This document shows, one piece after another, positions 26,061 through 32,000 of a stretch of 32,000 nt of DNA. Location of the stretch: assembly GCA_030595665.1 (NCBI GenBank), contig JAUVCV010000009.1, positions 27,724 to 59,723 of the forward strand. The letters are read 5' to 3'. The DNA is from Methanogenium sp. Lineage in GTDB: Archaea; Halobacteriota; Methanomicrobia; Methanomicrobiales; Methanomicrobiaceae. Position 1 is the first letter of the stretch. Each line of letters begins with the position of its first letter. The notes beneath the pieces are model-generated. The model did not search any database. It had not been told where the DNA came from and saw nothing but the letters and a program-made list of their open reading frames with translations. The position numbers and the translations under genes are program-made.

Positions 26061-27725
26061 ATGGCAGACGCAGAGTATAATATGGTGGATTACGATGAGA
26101 CATATCGTACATTCTCCATTGATGTACCTGAATTTTTCAATTTTGGGTATGATGTCATCGACGACTGGGCACAGCGTGACAGAAACAAACTGGCGATGAT
26201 CTGGGCAAATCAGGACGGGGAAGAGAAGAAATTCACCTTCCGTGATATGAAGAATTTCTCCAATATGGCCGCCAATATTCTCCTGAAGTTTGGCATAAAT
26301 AAAGGGGACAGGGTCATGATCATGCTGCCGCGGGTTCCGGAGTGGTGGATCTTTGTCATCGCAGTAATCAAACTTGGTGCAGTTGTCTGTCCTGTACCCT
26401 CGTTACTTACCCCCAAAGATATCCAGTACCGAATGAATGCAGGCAATTTCCGGATGGTCATAACGGATTTTGAAAATTCTGACAAATTCGACCGGATATC
26501 TGATGACTGTCCAACACTGCAGACCAAACTCCTTGTTGATGGTGATAAGGATGGCTGGGTGAGTTATCAGGAGGAACTGGTGTATCCGGCTCCGGTATCG
26601 CACCGGAAGGTCAGTATGCCGTATACAAACCGGACCCGTTCAACCGATCCGATGCTCATCTATTTCACCTCCGGGACAACCGGTGAGGCAAAGATGGTGC
26701 TGCATAACAATGCGTATCCCTTAGGCCATATTGTGACCGCGAAATTATGGCAGGATGTCCGGGCAAATGATGTGCATTTTACCTATTCTGATACCGGATG
26801 GGCCAAATGTGGCTGGGGTAAAATCTTTGGACAGTGGATTGAGGGTACCTGCCTTCTCATTTATGATGTCTGGGGTAAATTCAAGGCGACAGAACTCCTG
26901 CCTCTGATTGAAAAATATGAAGTGTCAACGTTCTGCTGCCCGCCAACGGTCTACCGGATGCTCATTATTGCAGACCTTGCAAAATATGACCTGTCTGAAC
27001 TGCGCCACTGCTGTAGTGCGGGTGAACCCCTGAACCCTGAAGTCATCAAAGTATGGGAAGAAGGGACGGGTCAGACCATTTATGAAGGGTATGGCCAGAC
27101 GGAGACATGCTGTGCTATTGCATCGTTTCCGTGCATCGAGAACAAACCTGGTTCCATGGGGAAACCATCGCCCGGATGGCATATTGAACTGCATGATGAG
27201 GATGGACATCCTGTTGTGGATTATAAAGAAGGGCGCATTGCCGTTTCGTTGAATCCCCGGCCGGTTGGCCTCATTGTGGAATATCTCGAGAATGAAGAGG
27301 CAAACAAAGAGTCCTTTGTCGATGGGTTTTACTATACCGGTGATAAGGCCTACCGTGATGAAGACGGCTACTTCTGGTTTATCGGCCGGGATGATGATGT
27401 CATAAAGAGTTCCGGATATCGCATTGGCCCGTTTGAGGTTGAAAGTGCGCTTCTTGAACACCCGGCGGTTCAGGAATCAGCGGTTGTCGGTTCACCTGAC
27501 CGTATCCGTGGTCTGATTGTCAAGGCATTTATTGTCCTGAATCAGGGATTTGATGGTTCTGAGACGCTCGTCAAAGAACTCCAGAATCATGTGAAACAGG
27601 TGACAGCCCCCTATAAATATCCGCGGGCCATTGAATTTGTTGACACCCTTCCCAAAACAATTTCAGGGAAGATTAAACGAAATGTGCTGCGTGATGAAGA
27701 ACTGAAAAAATCTGCAGACAACTGA
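26061..27725 (+). CDS. AMP-forming medium-chain acyl-CoA synthetase (ACSM/Macs-like), copy 1
   Basis: 554 aa. Adenylate-forming motifs YFTSGTTGEAKMV, YGQTE, GRDDDVIKSSGYRIGPFEVES, PKTISGKIKR. Confidence 0.88.
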   Translation: MADAEYNMVDYDETYRTFSIDVPEFFNFGYDVIDDWAQRDRNKLAMIWANQDGEEKKFTFRDMKNFSNMAANILLKFGINKGDRVMIMLPRVPEWWIFVIAVIKLGAVVCPVPSLLTPKDIQYRMNAGNFRMVITDFENSDKFDRISDDCPTLQTKLLVDGDKDGWVSYQEELVYPAPVSHRKVSMPYTNRTRSTDPMLIYFTSGTTGEAKMVLHNNAYPLGHIVTAKLWQDVRANDVHFTYSDTGWAKCGWGKIFGQWIEGTCLLIYDVWGKFKATELLPLIEKYEVSTFCCPPTVYRMLIIADLAKYDLSELRHCCSAGEPLNPEVIKVWEEGTGQTIYEGYGQTETCCAIASFPCIENKPGSMGKPSPGWHIELHDEDGHPVVDYKEGRIAVSLNPRPVGLIVEYLENEEANKESFVDGFYYTGDKAYRDEDGYFWFIGRDDDVIKSSGYRIGPFEVESALLEHPAVQESAVVGSPDRIRGLIVKAFIVLNQGFDGSETLVKELQNHVKQVTAPYKYPRAIEFVDTLPKTISGKIKRNVLRDEELKKSADN

Positions 27726-27737
27726 TCTTATTTTATG

Positions 27738-27762
27738 GTGGTGCAGGCCACCACAATTTTTT
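27738..27762 (+). terminator. Hairpin plus T6 terminator after copy 1
   Basis: GTGGTG (27738-27743) pairs with CACCAC (27749-27754) across a 5-nt loop, followed by AATTTTTT. Confidence 0.45.
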
Positions 27763-27790
27763 ATTACTATGTGCACCAAAATAGTATGTC

Positions 27791-29776
27791 ATGGTGCGTT
27801 ACTCGATAACAATGGACGATGAACTTGTCCAAAAAATAGATCGTGACTCTAAGAATCAGGATATCTCGCGTTCTGACTGGATAACTGAGGTGTGCACCAC
27901 CCATTTCCCCGAACTTGACGGAAATGGTATTCCCGTGATGAACGGTGAGGATTTGGATTATTCACGGCACAATATGGCGGATTATAGTGAGACGTATAAT
28001 TCATTTTCAATCGATGTACCGGAATATTACAATTTTAGTTTTGATGTCGTAGACGGATGGGCAAAGAAGGACCGGAATAAACTTGCCATGGTCTGGGTCA
28101 ACCAGCAGGGGGAGGAGAAGAAATACACCTTCCGCGATCTCTCCCGCCGGTCAAACCAGGTGGCAAATATGCTCATCAAATACGGGCCCGCAAAGGGGGA
28201 GCGTGTCCTGATTATGCTTCCGCGGGTACCTGAGTGGTGGTTCTTTGTGCTGGGTATGATCAAGATGGGTGTGGTGTATTGCCCGGCACCAACGATGCTC
28301 ACCGAACAGGATCTGAAGTACCGGATTAATGTTGCTGACATTAAGATGGTCATCACGAATGAAGAGAATGCCCATAAGGTGGATGCTATCTTTGATGAGT
28401 GCCCGTCTCTTGAATCACGATTTATTGTTGATGGCGAACGGGATGGATGGATCAGTTATCCGGTTGAACTGGCGTATCCGGCTCCTGTCTCGAGTAAACT
28501 GGTATCTTTCAGTGGTCTGGTGCAGACGAAGGCCACCGATCCGATGCTGATTTTCTTTACGTCAGGTACGACGGGAGAACCGAAGATGGTGCTCCATGAC
28601 CACAGTTATGCCCTTGGTCATATTGTGACGGGGCGCTTCTGGCATGATGTCCGGAGTACGGATCTTCATTTCACGGTGGCTGATACGGGATGGGGAAAGA
28701 GTACCTGGGGAAAACTGTTTGGCCAGTGGAATGAGGGTGCGGCTATCATGGTCTATGATATCCGGGGTAAATTCCATGCGACCGAACTTCTTCCGGTTAT
28801 TGAAAAGTATGGTGTGACTACCTTCTGTGTGCCGCCTACTATCTATCGTATGCTGATTCTCGCTGAACTGGAGAAGTTTGATTTCAGTGAACTGCGCCAT
28901 TGCTGCAGTGCGGGTGAACCGCTGAACCCTGAAGTTATCCGTGTCTGGAAAAAAGCGACCGGTCTTACCATTTATGAGGGATACGGCCAGACAGAGACGG
29001 TACTGTGTATCGGGACATTCCCCAGTATGGAGCCACGGTTTGGTTCTATGGGCAAACCATCGCCGGGATGGAATATTGAAATTCATGATGACGAGGGAAA
29101 GCCTGCTCCTCTGAATGAAGAAGGGCATATCGCAATATGTCTGAACCCGCGGCCGGTTGGTCTCTTACGGGAATATATTGATAATTCGTCAGAGAATGCG
29201 AAGTCGTTTAGTGATGGCTATTACTATACCGGGGATAAGGCCTATATGGATGAGGACGGGTATTTCTGGTTTGTAGGGAGGGATGACGATGTGATAAAAG
29301 CGTCCGGATACCGCATTGGCCCGTTTGAGGTGGAGAGTGCGCTGATGGAGCACCCGGCTGTGCAGGAGGCAGCGGTTGTCGGGACGCCGGATGTCATCCG
29401 GGGCCAGGTTGTGAAGGCCTTTATTATCCTTGCACCCGGGTATAGTCCGTCGGAGGCCTTGGTTCATGATATCCAGAATTATGTCAAACAGGTGACGGCT
29501 CCGTATAAGTATCCGCGTGCGATTGAGTTTGTGGAGACTCTGCCGAAGACTATCTCGGGGAAGATTAAGAGGAAGGAACTCAAGCAGCGGGAGATGGATA
29601 AGGCGGGGAGAAAGGGTGATGCTCTTGACACGAAAACGGATGTCAAAACCGTTACCAAAGCTGACGTGAAAACCGTTACTAAAACTGATGCCAAAACTGA
29701 TGCCAAAACCGATGTGAAAACTGACGCGAAAACCGGCACGAAAACTGATGCCAAAAAAGATGTGGACGCCAAATAA
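27791..29776 (+). CDS. AMP-forming medium-chain acyl-CoA synthetase, copy 2, with in-frame N-terminal ribbon-helix-helix (CopG/MetJ-like) domain and C-terminal Lys/Thr/Asp repeat tail
   Basis: 661 aa. Residues 62-600 are collinear with copy 1 and roughly two-thirds identical by eye. Residues 1-38, MVRYSITMDDELVQKIDRDSKNQDISRSDWITEVCTTH, fit an RHH pattern (beta strand, helix, G/D-x-S-R-S turn, helix). No stop lies between the RHH and the synthetase. An alternative internal start is ATG 27974 (MADYSETY). Confidence 0.85.
   Translation: MVRYSITMDDELVQKIDRDSKNQDISRSDWITEVCTTHFPELDGNGIPVMNGEDLDYSRHNMADYSETYNSFSIDVPEYYNFSFDVVDGWAKKDRNKLAMVWVNQQGEEKKYTFRDLSRRSNQVANMLIKYGPAKGERVLIMLPRVPEWWFFVLGMIKMGVVYCPAPTMLTEQDLKYRINVADIKMVITNEENAHKVDAIFDECPSLESRFIVDGERDGWISYPVELAYPAPVSSKLVSFSGLVQTKATDPMLIFFTSGTTGEPKMVLHDHSYALGHIVTGRFWHDVRSTDLHFTVADTGWGKSTWGKLFGQWNEGAAIMVYDIRGKFHATELLPVIEKYGVTTFCVPPTIYRMLILAELEKFDFSELRHCCSAGEPLNPEVIRVWKKATGLTIYEGYGQTETVLCIGTFPSMEPRFGSMGKPSPGWNIEIHDDEGKPAPLNEEGHIAICLNPRPVGLLREYIDNSSENAKSFSDGYYYTGDKAYMDEDGYFWFVGRDDDVIKASGYRIGPFEVESALMEHPAVQEAAVVGTPDVIRGQVVKAFIILAPGYSPSEALVHDIQNYVKQVTAPYKYPRAIEFVETLPKTISGKIKRKELKQREMDKAGRKGDALDTKTDVKTVTKADVKTVTKTDAKTDAKTDVKTDAKTGTKTDAKKDVDAK
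29627..29773 (+). repeat. 12 tandem 12-nt units encoding (x-x-K-T)n at the C-terminus of copy 2
   Basis: DTKT DVKT VTKA DVKT VTKT DAKT DAKT DVKT DAKT GTKT DAKK DVDA K. At nucleotide level, AAAACTGATGCC-type units repeat. Confidence 0.85.
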
Positions 29777-29828
29777 TCAATCAACAAATACACATCTTTA
29801 TTTTGTTTAACCACATATAGAATCAGGC

Positions 29829-29913
29829 GCGAGGGTTGCCGAGCCAGGTCAAAGGCGCTAGGTTCAGGGCCTAGTCATGTAGATGTTCGAGGGTTCGAAT
29901 CCCTTCCTTCGCA
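29829..29913 (+). tRNA. tRNA-Leu: tRNA-Leu, anticodon CAG, long variable arm, no encoded CCA
   Basis: Folded by hand: acceptor GCGAGGG/CCTTCGC (one G-T pair), D arm GCC...GGC with AGCCAGGTCAAA loop. The anticodon stem is CTAGG/CCTAG with loop TTCAGGG. The T arm is GAGGG-TTCGAAT-CCCTT, discriminator A. A TATA-like TTTATTTT lies at 29797-29804. Confidence 0.88.
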
Positions 29914-29921
29914 TACTGTTA

Positions 29922-29928
29922 TTTTTTT
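29922..29928 (+). terminator. T7 run terminating the tRNA transcript
   Basis: ATTTTTTTG lies 8 nt after the tRNA 3' end. Confidence 0.5.
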
Positions 29929-30088
29929 GTTGTTTTGTTGTTCGGTGATTTTTGAACGTCAGAGCGTGGAGTTTTGAGATTTGGTTTGTAACGGTTCATC
30001 TGGCTGAATTAAATTGAAAAAATACTGAACGCTGACTGGTAGGAGTTAAAGATGAATAAGGATATACAATACATTAGTGGCGGTTGTT

Positions 30089-31756
30089 ATGGACATCAAC
30101 GCGAGTATTATAGATCAAAGAATTACCGGTATCGTTGAGGACCACCCTGACTGGCTGCCTGATGGTGCTGACATCAATAAGAAGAAATCGGCTGCATTTG
30201 TAATTTTATGCATGGCCACCTGCCTTGATGTCCCTATGGAGGAAGCGGCCGAACTTCTGACTGATGGAGGGAATGATGCCGGTGTTGATGGTCTCCATAT
30301 TGGGGAAGTTGATGACGGAGAATTTTTGGTCACGATTTTTCAGGGAAAATACAAGATCAAAAATCTGAATGGAGATGCAAATTTCCCGGAAAATGGCGTT
30401 GAAAAAGCGTTCAACACTGTTCAGGTTCTCTTTGATCCGTATCGTAAAGTAACATTAAATGATAAAATTGCTCCGAAAATCGAAGAGATCCGCTCACTTA
30501 TTCGGGAGGCATACATACCGAATGTGCGGGTTATTCTGTGCAACAACGGAGCAACCTGGACAAATCAGGCAGGCAACTGGATAAACGAAGCCAAAAAAGA
30601 GTATGGCGACAGGGTTGATTTCGTCCATTTCAATCATGATTCAATCGTACATATTCTCCAACGCAGTAAGACGGTGGATGCCACCGTAACGATGAGTGGC
30701 CAGGCAATTGTAGAGGACATGAACTATATGCGTGTTCTTGTCGGACGTGTTTCTGTTCAGGAGATTTGCCGACTGTTCAATGCGTTTGGCGATACATTGC
30801 TGGAGCGTAATATCCGCCGTTATCTCGGGCTTCACTCCAACCGCGTAAACACAGCGATTCATGAAACTCTTTGCAATACCGATAAATCTGACAAATTTTA
30901 TTTCTACAATAATGGTATTACGGTTGTTTGTGACAAATTTGATTACAATGCCTTTCAGAAATCTGATTATAAGGTACAAATCAAAAACATGCAGGTGATT
31001 AATGGCGGACAAACCTGCAAAACCATTCAGGAAACCCTGAATAATGCGTTACCGAATGGAATCAGTGAGTCTGCGTATGTAATGATGAGGGTTTACCAAC
31101 TGGCAGAGACCCAGAAAGAGTTTGTGCGGGATATCACCTACGCAACAAATAGTCAGAATCCGGTAGACCTTCGCGATTTGCATTCCAACGATGAAATGCA
31201 GAAACAGCTTGAAATAGGTATTTCTGATCTTGGATACACATACAAACGACAGCGGGAAGAAGGCAGCGGCGGGTCCAATGTTATTACCAGTTCAATTGTG
31301 GCGGAATCGGTATTGGCGATCTGGAAAAAGAGACCTCATCAGGCCAAATTCCGTCGGAAAGAACACTTTGGGAAGCTCTATAATGATATTTTCAAAGATT
31401 TGAATGCTGCTCAGGCTTTGGTGGCTGTCCTTATTTTCAGAACCGTTGAAAATCAAAGAAAGCGGCCCGTAGATCCAAATCCTCCTGATTTTCTCCCATA
31501 TGCATCGCATTACCTATCTATGCTGATTGGTCGTGCCCTGTTAGCCGATCAGGATATACCCTATGGGGATGTTTCTCACCGCAATTTTACATCCCTGGTT
31601 CAGGCATTTGAAGACGGGCATGTCAGGTATCACAAAGATGCTGTTGAACAAATATCTGAAGCACTGAAAGATTGTTATGGCGACAGGGATATTTCCCTCC
31701 AGCAGTTGTCTGCCACATTCCGCCGTGGTGATCTCCTGGAGATGTTGGGTGCGTAG
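30089..31756 (+). CDS. AIPR-family (abortive infection phage resistance) protein with N-terminal Mrr-like D...(Q/E)xK nuclease-type motif
   Basis: The track ORF begins at GTG 30077; the ATG at 30089 (MDINASII) is preferred. TDGGNDAGVDGLHI...LVTIFQGKY matches the GxxDxGIDG...Q.K signature at the N-termini of AIPR/Mrr-type proteins. An INGGQT motif lies in the central region. Low GC (about 40% on a hand-counted line), immediately downstream of a tRNA. Confidence 0.65.
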   Translation: MDINASIIDQRITGIVEDHPDWLPDGADINKKKSAAFVILCMATCLDVPMEEAAELLTDGGNDAGVDGLHIGEVDDGEFLVTIFQGKYKIKNLNGDANFPENGVEKAFNTVQVLFDPYRKVTLNDKIAPKIEEIRSLIREAYIPNVRVILCNNGATWTNQAGNWINEAKKEYGDRVDFVHFNHDSIVHILQRSKTVDATVTMSGQAIVEDMNYMRVLVGRVSVQEICRLFNAFGDTLLERNIRRYLGLHSNRVNTAIHETLCNTDKSDKFYFYNNGITVVCDKFDYNAFQKSDYKVQIKNMQVINGGQTCKTIQETLNNALPNGISESAYVMMRVYQLAETQKEFVRDITYATNSQNPVDLRDLHSNDEMQKQLEIGISDLGYTYKRQREEGSGGSNVITSSIVAESVLAIWKKRPHQAKFRRKEHFGKLYNDIFKDLNAAQALVAVLIFRTVENQRKRPVDPNPPDFLPYASHYLSMLIGRALLADQDIPYGDVSHRNFTSLVQAFEDGHVRYHKDAVEQISEALKDCYGDRDISLQQLSATFRRGDLLEMLGA

Positions 31757-31909
31757 AATATGGAAATGCTGGGAGTTTATATGAGCTTCGATGAGCATTT
31801 TCAGACATTTACGAAAATGAACAAATCTGATAAATGAAATATTACGGGTGAAGCCACAACAGCTACTGGTAAAGAGATATAAATAGGTAAAACTGAAATA
31901 GTGATTAGG

Positions 31910-32000
31910 ATGGCCAGAATAGATTCATTAAATATTAATAATTCACACGCAATAGGTAATCCGGAAAAAATAGCCCACCATATTAAAACATTACATATAG
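31910..32000 (+). CDS. Start of an uncharacterised ORF running off the right edge (MARIDSLNINNSHAIGNPEKIAHHIKTLHI...)
   Basis: ATG at 31910 is open to the window end. A good archaeal TATA box (ATATAAATAG, 31877-31886) lies about 29 nt upstream. Too short to assign a function. Confidence 0.3.
   Translation, partial: MARIDSLNINNSHAIGNPEKIAHHIKTLHI

Noticed and set aside
29479-29814. Minus-strand 111-aa ORF with a striking hydrophobic repeat (SVFTSVLASVLASVLVTVFTS)
   Set aside because: It is the reverse-complement reading of the (x-x-K-T)n coding repeat and of the conserved C-terminus of the synthetase, so it is an artefact of the repeat.
30051-30134. 27-codon ORF (MNKDIQYISGGCYGH...) with an AGGAG 7 nt upstream, overlapping the AIPR start in another frame
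   Set aside because: It is too short, has no conservation evidence available, and is fully explained as chance in AT-rich sequence. It is kept in mind only as a possible uORF.

Overview
Archaeal chromosomal segment, most consistent with a methanogen of the Methanomicrobia. Supporting markers are a PGF-CTERM archaeosortase signal, an MptD-type dihydroneopterin aldolase, the archaeal pantoate kinase / phosphopantothenate synthetase route to CoA, MCM, and two RFC-small-type genes. All calls come from reading the ORF translations, remembered family motifs and hand alignment; no searches were run.

Layout:
(1) 1-7.3 kb: two tandem minus-strand paralogous genes for secreted beta-helix surface proteins. 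The first runs off the left edge and is missing from the ORF track; I verified its frame is open by hand. The second is complete (about 1506 aa) and additionally carries a papain-like module, a PGF-pre-PGF domain and PGF-CTERM.
(2) 7.26-9.1 kb: AT-rich islet with a decayed IS1634/IS4-type transposase remnant and an APH-family kinase.
(3) 9.1-21.7 kb: housekeeping genes. thiD sits divergent from a PurM-like gene. Then comes a tightly packed codirectional minus-strand array of about 10 kb: RfcS, MCM, MptD-like, TatD-like, DUF424, NMD3, Trm5/Taw2-like, CoaBC, pantoate kinase, phosphopantothenate synthetase, and a divergent RFC-small-like paralog.
(4) 21.8-26 kb: plus-strand operon of an RPA-associated-protein-like OB-fold protein, a metallophosphoesterase and an Lhr-type helicase.
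(5) 26-29.8 kb: two tandem medium-chain acyl-CoA synthetase paralogs. The second has an in-frame N-terminal ribbon-helix-helix domain and a C-terminal (x-x-K-T)n tail.
(6) tRNA-Leu(CAG) at 29829-29913, followed by a low-GC island that opens with an AIPR-type abortive-infection protein and runs off the right edge.

No CRISPR array, rRNA or intact mobile element was seen, and I see no clear-cut novel multi-gene system. The most checkable oddities are:
- the RHH-fused acyl-CoA synthetase;
- the papain-like module whose nucleophile Cys is replaced by Glu, and its clean absence from the tandem paralog;
- the RPAP-like / MPE / Lhr linkage;
- the deviant RFC paralog coupled to the CoA operon;
- the tRNA-flanked AIPR island, truncated by the window.
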